From Bacteroidales bacterium (GTDB lineage: Bacteria > Bacteroidota > Bacteroidia > Bacteroidales > JAQUTK01): a stretch of 50,803 nt of DNA. The stretch is taken from NCBI GenBank assembly GCA_028691445.1, contig JAQUZH010000002.1, positions 1-50,803 of the forward strand, written 5' to 3'. Under the pieces are notes generated by a model. That model searched no databases, was not told the DNA's origin, and worked only from the letters and a program-made list of their open reading frames with translations. Below are positions 1-8,664 of the stretch, in pieces (the stretch's first letter is position 1; each line of letters opens with the position of its first letter). The translations under genes and the position numbers were made by a program.

Positions 1-696
1 AATGGCGACACCACCGTCTTTCATGATCGTGCTTACATCAGCGAAATCGCAATTGACATATCCTTCCAAGGTAATTATTTCGGCAATACTTTTGGCTGCA
101 ATAGTCAACGTGTCATCCGCTTTTTTAAAGGCATTCTTAAGCGTCAGATCGGGATAGATATCTTTCAACCGTTCGTTGTTAACGACCAGCAGAGCATCGA
201 CATGTTTGCTTATCTCTTCAACACCATCGAGTGCTTGCAAGATTTTTCTCTTTCCTTCAAAAGCGAAAGGTATTGTGACAATACCCACCGTGAGAATTCC
301 CATCTCTTTGGCAATCTGCGCAACTACCGGTGCAGCACCTGTACCGGTTCCACCTCCCATTCCGGCGGTCACAAAAGCCATTTTTGTATTATCGTTCAAC
401 AGACTTTCAATCTCCTGAAAACTCTCTTTTGCTGCCTCCTGAGCTTTTTCCGGACGAGCTCCTGCGCCAAGACCTTCTGTGGTCTTTCGGCCTAACTGTA
501 ATTTGACTGAAACGGGTGAATTGGCAAGGGCCTGATTGTCTGTATTACATACAACAAAGGTTACATCATGTATTCCTTCCTCGTACATGTGATTCACGGC
601 ATTGCTACCTCCTCCACCTACACCGATCACTTTAATTATCGATGATGCTGCCGGAGCTAATCCAATAAAATTAAGAGGCTCTTCTATGAATTCCAT
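1..696 (-). CDS. ftsZ: Cell division GTPase FtsZ, N-terminal 232 codons (3' end lies beyond position 1)
   Basis: Absent from the ORF track because no stop codon falls inside the window. Reverse-strand reading from ATG (696..694) gives [42 protein letters not shown]...[37 protein letters not shown], which contains the FtsZ/tubulin GGGTGTG signature. It starts 21 nt after the ftsA stop, as in dcw clusters. Confidence 0.92.
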   Translation of the reverse strand, partial: MEFIEEPLNFIGLAPAASSIIKVIGVGGGGSNAVNHMYEEGIHDVTFVVCNTDNQALANSPVSVKLQLGRKTTEGLGAGARPEKAQEAAKESFQEIESLLNDNTKMAFVTAGMGGGTGTGAAPVVAQIAKEMGILTVGIVTIPFAFEGKRKILQALDGVEEISKHVDALLVVNNERLKDIYPDLTLKNAFKKADDTLTIAAKSIAEIITLEGYVNCDFADVSTIMKDGGVAI

Positions 697-717
697 ATCC
701 TGATTTGTATTTATTTC

Positions 718-2097
718 TTACTTAAAATCGTCTTCTTCCGGTTCATTGGGGAATAATCCCTGAATGCCTTTCTTTATGGAAGAGCCAAAGAAACTACCCC
801 TTGGAATCCGAGGTTTCTTTTGTTCTTTTTTCTCTTCTTTCTTTTCCATCTTTTCTTCCCCCTTCTCTTCCACAAGCTCTTTCTCCTCTTGTTTCCATGT
901 TTCAACCACAGGCATTGGTTCAGGTATGTGATGCGGGATTTCTTTCTCCGGTTTATGCTCTTCTTTCATAAAAGTAGAATAAACTCCGGTAATCAGTCCG
1001 ACAACTTCAGCATAAGAAGGAGGAAGAGTATCTTGTTTCTGGCTTTTTGCATTATAGCAAACAGGTAATGCCTGACGTACATTGATGGAGGTCTTTTTTA
1101 TAATCAGTTCGCTCAATCCTTTCATGGAAGAAGCGCCTCCGGTGATAACAATACCGGCAGCCAACTCTTTATCCATCCCCAAATCCTGTATTTGTCTCCA
1201 TACATTTGCCCAGATTTCTGTTTGGCGGGCTTCAATGATCAAACTGATTTCTGCTTCCGCAATTTCAGATCCATTGTACGACTTTATCGTATTATCATTG
1301 GTTACTGCAATGCATCCAAGTCTTTTCTTGAGATTCTCTGCTTCTTCATCTCTTATATTAAATGCACAAAGATCATTTGTGATAGTATTGCCTCCGAAAG
1401 GAATGACAGCCAGATGGACTAATTCTCCGTTCTTATAGATAGACAAAGAAGTGCATCCGGCACCAAAGTCAACCACAGCCACACCAATTTTCTTCTCGTT
1501 TTCAGTGATGAGCGATTCCGCTGAGACCATCGGACCGATCAGATAGTTCACTTCAATCGGTTCTTCAGCAAAACACTTGGCGATATTTTTCTTCAAAGAT
1601 GGGCGGGCAATAATTTGCTGATATTCTGCTTTAAGTAAAAGACCAACAACGCCAACCGGATTTGCCACAGGATTACCATCGACAAAAAAAGAAGGCTTTG
1701 TGTTACAGATAATTTCATAATCTGCAACGACCTGCTCCTGTATTTCTTCTTCGATTGATTGGATATCTTCTTCCGAAACGGACTCATTATCCAGATGAAA
1801 TTCTATTTCATCATTGAATCTTGACCGTAGCGATTGACCACTGATGTTCACATTGATCTTTTTCAGATTCTCTCCCGATTTCAGTTCCAGGGAAGCAATC
1901 ACCTGTTTGATCAAAGCGGCTGCTTCTGAGAAATTGTAAATAGCTCCTCTTTTCATACAATTCCCTGAATTCACGATGTGTTCAGCTACGATCTCAACAC
2001 CTTTTCCATGGATACGTTTAGCAAGTAAACCAACTATTTTTGAGCTCCCGAGATCAATAGCGGTCACATATTCTTCTGCAATGTTTTTGACTGTCAT
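718..2097 (-). CDS. ftsA: Cell division protein FtsA (actin-like ATPase) with E/K-rich linker and C-terminal amphipathic helix
   Basis: 459-aa ORF with actin/HSP70-fold phosphate loops (AIDLGSSKIVGL, VVDFGAGCTSLSIY, ITGGASSMKGL). The C-terminal GSFFGSSIKKGIQGLF looks like a membrane-targeting helix. Lies between ftsQ and ftsZ. Confidence 0.92.
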   Translation of the reverse strand: MTVKNIAEEYVTAIDLGSSKIVGLLAKRIHGKGVEIVAEHIVNSGNCMKRGAIYNFSEAAALIKQVIASLELKSGENLKKINVNISGQSLRSRFNDEIEFHLDNESVSEEDIQSIEEEIQEQVVADYEIICNTKPSFFVDGNPVANPVGVVGLLLKAEYQQIIARPSLKKNIAKCFAEEPIEVNYLIGPMVSAESLITENEKKIGVAVVDFGAGCTSLSIYKNGELVHLAVIPFGGNTITNDLCAFNIRDEEAENLKKRLGCIAVTNDNTIKSYNGSEIAEAEISLIIEARQTEIWANVWRQIQDLGMDKELAAGIVITGGASSMKGLSELIIKKTSINVRQALPVCYNAKSQKQDTLPPSYAEVVGLITGVYSTFMKEEHKPEKEIPHHIPEPMPVVETWKQEEKELVEEKGEEKMEKKEEKKEQKKPRIPRGSFFGSSIKKGIQGLFPNEPEEDDFK

Positions 2098-2101
2098 GTT
2101 T

Positions 2102-2848
2102 TTATCCTTTCTTGGTGCATATCACCTGATGTTCATATTTGAGATTAATCTTTTTATACCTGTTCCATCCCAATTCGTTAAAGCCGTTTTGATATAAGCT
2201 CATCAGGGTAGAAAGTCTGTCTTCAAGGTTGTCTAAACTTCCTATCAGTATTTCCTGGTCTCCAACGCGGGGAATGAAGCTTATATCGTTATTCGGGTGA
2301 ACATATATCTGAGATATCTGGGCATTCCAGAACTCATTCTCTTGAAGAAAAAGAGCAAGTTTAAAAAGTTCGTTCGTAGCAAATTTTTCAGAGATAAAGC
2401 CGCTTGCAAGGGGAACAAACACGCTGTAATTAATTGATACAGGCATTATTTCGGCTTCACTATCTATATAATAATTACCAAACATGGACATGACACGCAT
2501 AACTGGAACTCGTTGATAAACTTCTACTTTGACGTTTCCATCTGTCGTCTTAAAGCATTCTGCACGTTTGATCCTTGGATTCTTCTTAAGGGCTTTTTCA
2601 AGTGCTTCTGTGTTGATTGAGCAAACTTGCTTTCCAATAGGATTACACCCGCTTTCTCTGACCAACGCAAGTACCTCTCTGCGATTGATAAAAGTAACGT
2701 CCAAACTGTCGTGAATATAAACATCCACCTTCTGACATTTCTCTTTTTCCGCATTACCTCTCGTGTATAACGTGGCACTTACGAAAAAGAGTAATATCAG
2801 CGTTGTTAACAGTACTTTTAAGATAGAAAGCAGACGACGTTTTATCAT
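2102..2848 (-). CDS. ftsQ: Cell division protein FtsQ (single N-terminal TM + POTRA/FtsQ-type domain)
   Basis: The ORF is open to 2875, but that codon is TTG. The first ATG (2848) gives MIKRRLLSILKVLLTTLILLFFV, a basic N-terminus followed by a TM helix. Size and position immediately upstream of ftsA (4-nt gap) match ftsQ. Assignment rests mainly on synteny and topology. Confidence 0.72.
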   Translation of the reverse strand: MIKRRLLSILKVLLTTLILLFFVSATLYTRGNAEKEKCQKVDVYIHDSLDVTFINRREVLALVRESGCNPIGKQVCSINTEALEKALKKNPRIKRAECFKTTDGNVKVEVYQRVPVMRVMSMFGNYYIDSEAEIMPVSINYSVFVPLASGFISEKFATNELFKLALFLQENEFWNAQISQIYVHPNNDISFIPRVGDQEILIGSLDNLEDRLSTLMSLYQNGFNELGWNRYKKINLKYEHQVICTKKG

Positions 2849-3077
2849 TTTATTGTTCAGTTCTTTGAATTGCAAAGTTAATCAAATTTCTAAACAACAC
2901 TTTCCGTAGAGATATTATTCTGATTCACACCTCTTTTTTTTTATGCTAATCAAATTAGATCAGGCTCACACTGCCGAAAGTCTTAATCAATATTAAATAA
3001 TAGCTTTTCAGAAACAAAATGATTCTGTTAATTGCTCTTTTTAACGTGATGATAGCATGGAATTGATAGAATATCAG

Positions 3078-3085
3078 TAAGTTTG
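3078..3085 (+). promoter_or_regulatory. Candidate Bacteroides-type -7 promoter box (TAAGTTTG)
   Basis: Matches the TAnnTTTG consensus of Bacteroides primary-sigma promoters. It lies 57 nt upstream of the ATG at 3142 and only 12 nt upstream of the GTG at 3097, which favours the ATG as the real start. Confidence 0.4.
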
Positions 3086-3141
3086 CAACGACTACCGTGA
3101 AATGTAGTAAACATCAAATACTGAATAATATCACGAATTAT

Positions 3142-4848
3142 ATGAAAAGACAAATGACTCTCAATGTATTCACAAGCCTTTGGCAGAAAGCAAAAGGCTT
3201 AGCTTTCTGTTTGATCATGCTCTCCTTTATTGCCGGATCAACAGGAGTATCGGGCAAAACGATTGTTATCAATGAAATAGCACCTTCCAATTCTCTCATA
3301 GCAGATCCTGCAGGTGAGACGAATGACTGGATTGAACTTTACAACACAACTTCAACTTCAATCAATCTTTCAGGATATTACCTGAGTGATAGCCCCTCGA
3401 ATTTAAAAAAGTTTAAGTTTCCTACCGGTACTTCCATTCCGGCTAATGGCTATCTGATTGTTTGGGCAGATGGTGATACCCTTCAAGTGGGACTTCATAC
3501 CTCCTTTAAGTTATCATCTACTGGAGAATCGCTCTATCTGTCCAATGCTGCCGCACAAACGATTGACGAAGTCACCTTCGGACTTGGCACCGGTGACATG
3601 TCATACTCCAGAGTACCGGACGGTGCAGACACATTCGTTTGGCAATCATTTACCCACAACAAGACAAATATCGGCGGAGTGGCTGATATTTATACGTATG
3701 ATTTAAATACGGATGGCATTGTTATTAATGAGTACTCGCCTCTGAATACGACCATAGCTGATCAGAATGGAGAATTTGATGACTGGATTGAACTGTATAA
3801 TAATTCATCTTCTACTGTTAATCTGGTTGGTTACTATTTGAGTGATAATACGTCTAGCCCTAAACTGTGGGCCTTCCCGGATACATCCATCGCTCCTGGT
3901 GGTTATATCATTGTGTGGGCTGACAACGATGATGATATTGGCCAGGCTGGTCTTCACGCTCATTTTCAACTTTCCGGATTAGGAGAAACGTTGCTCCTGA
4001 CACATCAGACCACAATCATTGGCAGAACAAGTTACGACATTGCCTTTTCAAACAAGTCGTACGCAAGAATTCCGAACGGAAAAGGTGAATATGCCGTACA
4101 GGCTCCTACTTTTGGTAAGACAAACGGTGGCAATTTTACTGAAAATCTGACGACAGCAGGAGTGGTTATTAATGAAATAGTGCCTGTTAATCTAACAGTA
4201 AAGGCAGACCAGGAAGGTGGATATGATGACTTTATTGAGTTATTTAACAACTCATCAAGTGCAGTAAATCTATCCAATTACTATTTAAGTGATGATGCTG
4301 CCAATCCTTCCAAATGGCCTTTCCCTTATGGAACAACAATAGCTGCCGGTGGATATTTGATTGTATGGGCAGATGAAGATATCATCGACGGATACGGAGC
4401 ACATGCATCTTTCCGGTTAGCCGCTGAAGGTGAAACCATATTATTGACAGATGGAACTAAAATTATTGACAAGGTGACTTATAATAAAGCAGTACCCGAT
4501 TCAGGCTATGCACGAATTACAAATGGTACCGGTACCAACTTCTACTGGCAAACTGCTACTTACAAGAAAACAAACGGTACTACTATTCCTGTAAGTGAAG
4601 AAATCATTACAGAGGTACCTGAGCAAGAATTTGTAGTAGCTCACAACCGCAATAATCAACTGTTGACTGTTACGTTAGCAAATGACGAGAGCAAGAAGAT
4701 TACTGTCTATTCGATTACTGCCGCTGTACAATACTCCGGAATAATCAACGGATCGATATCCATACCAACTTCAGACTGGAAGAACGGAGTATATCTGATC
4801 TCCATTGGTAATAAAGAGAAGGTTAAGAAGGTGGTTATCTTAAAATAA
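3142..4848 (+). CDS. Secreted protein of three tandem lamin-tail-domain (LTD) modules plus a T9SS C-terminal sorting domain; no catalytic domain recognised
   Basis: The track ORF starts at 3097 (GTG). ATG at 3142 gives MKRQMTLNVFTSLWQKAKGLAFCLIMLSFIAGSTGVSG, a signal peptide. Three alignable modules carry the LTD hallmark (V)VINE(I)...DWIELYN.S...V/INLSGYYLSD......F(P)....I..GGYL/IIVWAD. The C-terminus LLTVTLANDESKKITVYSITAAVQYSG...WKNGVYLISIGNKEKVKKVVILK resembles a Por/T9SS CTD. Confidence 0.8.
   Translation: MKRQMTLNVFTSLWQKAKGLAFCLIMLSFIAGSTGVSGKTIVINEIAPSNSLIADPAGETNDWIELYNTTSTSINLSGYYLSDSPSNLKKFKFPTGTSIPANGYLIVWADGDTLQVGLHTSFKLSSTGESLYLSNAAAQTIDEVTFGLGTGDMSYSRVPDGADTFVWQSFTHNKTNIGGVADIYTYDLNTDGIVINEYSPLNTTIADQNGEFDDWIELYNNSSSTVNLVGYYLSDNTSSPKLWAFPDTSIAPGGYIIVWADNDDDIGQAGLHAHFQLSGLGETLLLTHQTTIIGRTSYDIAFSNKSYARIPNGKGEYAVQAPTFGKTNGGNFTENLTTAGVVINEIVPVNLTVKADQEGGYDDFIELFNNSSSAVNLSNYYLSDDAANPSKWPFPYGTTIAAGGYLIVWADEDIIDGYGAHASFRLAAEGETILLTDGTKIIDKVTYNKAVPDSGYARITNGTGTNFYWQTATYKKTNGTTIPVSEEIITEVPEQEFVVAHNRNNQLLTVTLANDESKKITVYSITAAVQYSGIINGSISIPTSDWKNGVYLISIGNKEKVKKVVILK
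3256..4580 (+). repeat. Three tandem diverged coding repeats (LTD modules; periods 456 and 444 nt)
   Basis: Module starts: KTIVINEIAP (3256), DGIVINEYSP (3712), AGVVINEIVP (4156). Each ends in a ...(T/K)(N/T)(I/N)GG-like linker. The repeats align clearly at protein level but are diverged at DNA level. Confidence 0.8.
4624..4845 (+). other. T9SS (Por secretion system) C-terminal sorting domain of the LTD protein
   Basis: The last ~74 aa have the alternating beta-strand pattern typical of T9SS CTDs (..LTVTL....KITVYSI.....SG......IPTSDW.NGVYLISI.....KKVVILK). Confidence 0.6.
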
Positions 4849-4866
4849 TGCACTTAGCAACTTAAT

Positions 4867-4905
4867 AAAAGAAGAGGCTGTCCTGAAAGGACAGCCTCTT
4901 CTTTT
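4867..4905. terminator. Bidirectional intrinsic terminator between convergent LTD gene and murC
   Basis: Perfect 13-bp stem GAAGAGGCTGTCC (4871-4883) / GGACAGCCTCTTC (4889-4901) with loop TGAAA. It is flanked by AAAA (4867-4870) and TTTT (4902-4905), so it gives a U-tract on both strands. Confidence 0.85.
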
Positions 4906-4925
4906 ATTTATCCAGAACGGACTCT

Positions 4926-6302
4926 TTATCGTTTCTCAAGAATTGAGCGGATTGGCACAATAAACTTGTCAATATTTCCGGCTCCTATTGTAATCAAGAC
5001 ATCTAATTCTCTATTTTCTATTAACCCCAACAGTTCATCTTCCTGACAAAGGATCTTCTCGGGAGACTCTATTTTATCCAAGATAATCTTTGAAGTAACT
5101 CCAGGAATGGGTTCTTCTCGTGCCGGGTAAATTTCCAATAAGATCACTTCATCAAGTAAAGAAAGACTATGAGCAAATTCTTCGGCAAAATCGCGGGTAC
5201 GGGAGAAGAGATGAGGTTGAAATACTCCCGTGATTTTCTTGGTCGGATAAAGCGCTCTGACAGATTCAATACATGCTTTCAGTTCGGCAGGATGGTGAGC
5301 GTAATCATCTATATAGACGACATTCTCTTTTTTTACCTGTAAATCAAAACGTCTTTTCGCTCCTTTGAAAGAGGCCATCGCTTTGCGGATCTCCTCATCA
5401 GTTGCTCCACAAAGATAGGCCAGAGCCATTGCTGCTACGCCGTTCTCTATGTTGATTTTAACAGGAACCCCCAACTGAATATCAGTGATTGTTTTTTCCG
5501 GAGTGACAAAGTCAAAAACAATTTCTCCTCCTCCGATACGAATATTGTCAGCATGAAAGTCTCCTTCATTTTCCATAGAATAATGATACACCTTCACGCT
5601 GCTTTCGGCTTGAATTTGCAACTCAAGACCAGACTTAATCAAAAGCACACCATTGGGTTGCATCAACGAGGTAAAGTGTTCAAAGCTTTTTACAACCTCT
5701 TCTTTGGTCCCGTAAATATCAAGATGATCAGCATCAATGGCTGTAATTACAGCCATATAGGGGTGTAGCCAATGAAAAGAGCGGTCGTACTCATCAGCTT
5801 CAATGACAGTATACGGGCTACTTTCTGACAAGATCAGATTACTGTTATAGTTTTTCAGAATGCCACCTAAAAAGGCGTTACACTCAACAGCTGATTGTTT
5901 GAGAATATGGGCCAACATACTTGAAGTGGTTGTTTTACCATGCGTTCCTGAGATACATAACCCTTTGCTGGCAAGTGTAATTTGTCCCAGCACCTGGGCC
6001 CGTTTCATTACGGAAAAACCGTGCTCACGGAAATAGGTTAGTTCACTGTGAGAATCAGGAATGGCCGGTGTATATACAACGAGCGTCTCCTGTGCATTCA
6101 GACAATAGTCAGGAATAAGAGAAACATCATCTTTGAAATGTAATTCAGCACCTTCTTTTGACAGTTGATTGGTTAACTCACTCTTGGTGCGATCATAACC
6201 GGCTACTCTCATCTTTTTAGTAAGGAAGTATCGTTCCAGATTACTCATTCCAATACCACCTGCTCCTACAAAGTAAACAGATTTTACTTGTTCAATATTC
6301 AT
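4926..6302 (-). CDS. murC: UDP-N-acetylmuramate--L-alanine ligase
   Basis: 458 aa with an N-terminal Rossmann motif (YFVGAGGIGMSNLERYF) and the Mur ligase P-loop (ISGTHGKTTTSSM). Sits after murG in the dcw cluster. Confidence 0.93.
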   Translation of the reverse strand: MNIEQVKSVYFVGAGGIGMSNLERYFLTKKMRVAGYDRTKSELTNQLSKEGAELHFKDDVSLIPDYCLNAQETLVVYTPAIPDSHSELTYFREHGFSVMKRAQVLGQITLASKGLCISGTHGKTTTSSMLAHILKQSAVECNAFLGGILKNYNSNLILSESSPYTVIEADEYDRSFHWLHPYMAVITAIDADHLDIYGTKEEVVKSFEHFTSLMQPNGVLLIKSGLELQIQAESSVKVYHYSMENEGDFHADNIRIGGGEIVFDFVTPEKTITDIQLGVPVKINIENGVAAMALAYLCGATDEEIRKAMASFKGAKRRFDLQVKKENVVYIDDYAHHPAELKACIESVRALYPTKKITGVFQPHLFSRTRDFAEEFAHSLSLLDEVILLEIYPAREEPIPGVTSKIILDKIESPEKILCQEDELLGLIENRELDVLITIGAGNIDKFIVPIRSILEKR

Positions 6303-6305
6303 AAT

Positions 6306-7436
6306 TTAGTTCTTATTTTTTGGGAAAAGCTTCGCTATTTCATCTACGATACGGTCAGCAGAGTCTTTCTCTGCCAAACGGATAATATTTGAATGTAATT
6401 TGTTTAATTGTTGATCCTCATTGATTAGTTTGTATGCAAGGTCTATCAATGTCTCTTCCGCCTCATCGTCTTTCACAAGCAAAGCCGCATCATTGTTTAC
6501 CAACACCATGGCATTCTTCGTCTGGTGATCTTCGGCCACATTTGGAGAAGGCACAAGAATAGTAGGCTTTCCTAACAGACATAACTCAGAAATTGAACTG
6601 GCTCCTGCTCGTGATATCACTAGATCCGCAATCAGATAGGCTAAATCCATCCGGGCAATAAAGGCCAATACCTTCAGATTATGGTTTTTACAAAAGAGAG
6701 ACTTTTGTTGTGCTTTTTCATAATAGTACTTTCCGGTCTGCCACAATACCTGAACCTCTCCTGAGTCTATTTGCTTCAGTCTGGCCAAGACAGATTTATT
6801 AATTGTGCGTGCTCCAAGACTTCCTCCTATAATCAAAATTGTTTTCTTGTTTGGATTCAATCCAAAAGTCTCATAAGCAAGCATCTTGTTCGGTTCAGAT
6901 GCAAGAAGTTCTTTTCTGACCGGATTTCCGGTCATTACAATACGGTTGGCCGGAAAGTATTTTTCCATGCCCGGATAGGCAACACATATCGTAGAGGCTT
7001 TGGATGCAAGAATCTTATTTGTGATACCTGGAAATGAATTTTGCTCCTGAATAAGGATGGGCACTTTCAGTGAAGAAGCCGCTTTCATCAGAGGACCGCT
7101 CGCATAACCGCCAACACCTACGGCAACATCCGGACGAAAAGAACGGACAATTTTTCTTGCCTTAAACAAGCTGATCATCAGGTTGTATAAAACCGGAATA
7201 TTCTTGAATGGGTTACTTCTGTCAAATCCTTGAACCGGAAGACCTATTATCTCATAACCGGCAGCAGGGACTTTTTCCATTTCCATGCGTCCGAGGGCAC
7301 CGACAAACTTGATCTCGCAATCAGCATATCTTGCTTTAAGCGTATTAGCTATTGCAATAGCCGGGAAGATATGTCCTCCTGTGCCTCCTCCGCTAATAAT
7401 AATACGAATTCCTTTTTTCATTACTATAGTTGACAT
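6306..7436 (-). CDS. murG: UDP-N-acetylglucosamine--N-acetylmuramyl-(pentapeptide) pyrophosphoryl-undecaprenol GlcNAc transferase
   Basis: 376 aa with the GT28 hallmark SGGGTGGHIFPAIAIA at the N-terminus and the C-terminal ISRAGASSISE motif. The ftsW stop abuts its start codon (7437/7436). Confidence 0.93.
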   Translation of the reverse strand: MSTIVMKKGIRIIISGGGTGGHIFPAIAIANTLKARYADCEIKFVGALGRMEMEKVPAAGYEIIGLPVQGFDRSNPFKNIPVLYNLMISLFKARKIVRSFRPDVAVGVGGYASGPLMKAASSLKVPILIQEQNSFPGITNKILASKASTICVAYPGMEKYFPANRIVMTGNPVRKELLASEPNKMLAYETFGLNPNKKTILIIGGSLGARTINKSVLARLKQIDSGEVQVLWQTGKYYYEKAQQKSLFCKNHNLKVLAFIARMDLAYLIADLVISRAGASSISELCLLGKPTILVPSPNVAEDHQTKNAMVLVNNDAALLVKDDEAEETLIDLAYKLINEDQQLNKLHSNIIRLAEKDSADRIVDEIAKLFPKNKN

Positions 7437-8657
7437 TTAAATTTTCTCATTGACAAGTTTTACTCCCGGAGGGGCTACTTCTTTATCTTCACTACCTATT
7501 TCATCGTTAGAGGCAGTACGGCTTATACTTAGGATTATACCAAAATAGACGCAGGTCATAATCGTTGAAGTTCCTCCCCGGCTAATCAAAGGCAAAGGCT
7601 GACCGGTAACTGGAAGCATACTTACAGCTACGCCCATATTTATTAATGCCTGCAAAACAATAACCAGTGTGGCTCCCATTAGCAAAAAGGCATAGAAGGA
7701 GCGACTGCAACGCCTTGCTAGAATACCGGCTCTGAACATCAATATTAAATAAAGGACCAGCACAAAGGTACCGCCTATCAGTCCTGTTTCTTCAATGATG
7801 ATCGCATAAATAAAATCTGAATAGGCCTGAGGCAAGAAGTCTCTCTCCTGACTATTGCCAAGAAATTTTCCAAAGACTCCTCCGGTAGCTATCGCTATCT
7901 TTGAATGAGAAACCTGATAGTTATCATCATTAAAAACAATCTTGGGATCTGTCTCGGGAGTAATTCCTTCTGAATGGTTAGATAGACGTTCGGTCCACGT
8001 CGGAAGTCGTCCAAGTAAAGGAGTGTCACGGGGTATTACCGGCGCTAAGACATACAGCAGAACGGCTAGAACAGCTCCAATAATCGAGGTCGTAATTGCG
8101 AGCTTGGCGATCGGGATCCGCCCAATAAACATCATGATAAAGCTAATCATTCCCAGCATACCCGCAGTAGAGAAGTTTTCAGGAAGAATCAGACCACAGA
8201 AAAGAAATGTAATGATCAGAATCACCTTAAAGGTCAGGTTAATTGATTCTTTATCATCTTTCATGCGACTCAGCAAAAGCGCAATTGTTGTGATTACAGC
8301 AAGTTTAGCGAGCTCAGATGGCTGAAACTGAATTCCTCCAATACTTAACCAACGCGTCGCCTCGTTTGCTTTCACACCCAAAAAGGGAGTTACTATCAGA
8401 AGAATGGCCGCAATGGGTAATAATATCACAGGGATCATCCTGAAAAACTTAGGAGGAATAAAATGAATGGCAATTACTACTACCGTCCCTATCATCAAAA
8501 ACATGAAATGACGCACAAAAGGACGCCAATACTCATGCAAGGAATTAGTCAATGTACTGGAAGCACTGAAGACTTCCAGCATGGAGATCGTCAGAATAAT
8601 TAGGTATATTGTCCAAATAACCCTGTCTCCCTTAATGATAGTTTTAAATATCCCCAT
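7437..8657 (-). CDS. ftsW: SEDS-family peptidoglycan polymerase / lipid II flippase FtsW
   Basis: 406-aa polytopic membrane protein of the FtsW/RodA/SpoVE family (QPSELAKL, PVTGQPLPLISRGGTS). Located between murD and murG. Confidence 0.88.
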   Translation of the reverse strand: MGIFKTIIKGDRVIWTIYLIILTISMLEVFSASSTLTNSLHEYWRPFVRHFMFLMIGTVVVIAIHFIPPKFFRMIPVILLPIAAILLIVTPFLGVKANEATRWLSIGGIQFQPSELAKLAVITTIALLLSRMKDDKESINLTFKVILIITFLFCGLILPENFSTAGMLGMISFIMMFIGRIPIAKLAITTSIIGAVLAVLLYVLAPVIPRDTPLLGRLPTWTERLSNHSEGITPETDPKIVFNDDNYQVSHSKIAIATGGVFGKFLGNSQERDFLPQAYSDFIYAIIIEETGLIGGTFVLVLYLILMFRAGILARRCSRSFYAFLLMGATLVIVLQALINMGVAVSMLPVTGQPLPLISRGGTSTIMTCVYFGIILSISRTASNDEIGSEDKEVAPPGVKLVNEKI

Positions 8658-8664
8658 CTGTCGT

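Noticed and set aside
820-1068. 82-aa plus-strand ORF rich in F/L/H, and the GA/CT-rich low-complexity DNA at about 790-900.
   Set aside because: It is the antisense image of the E/K-rich linker of FtsA (EEKELVEEKGEEKMEKKEEKKEQKK). It is neither a separate gene nor a non-coding repeat.
3097-3141. GTG start at 3097 for the LTD protein, as given in the ORF track.
   Set aside because: The candidate -7 box (3078-3085) would place the TSS at or beyond 3097. The ATG at 3142 yields a conventional signal peptide, so the 15 extra codons are probably not translated.
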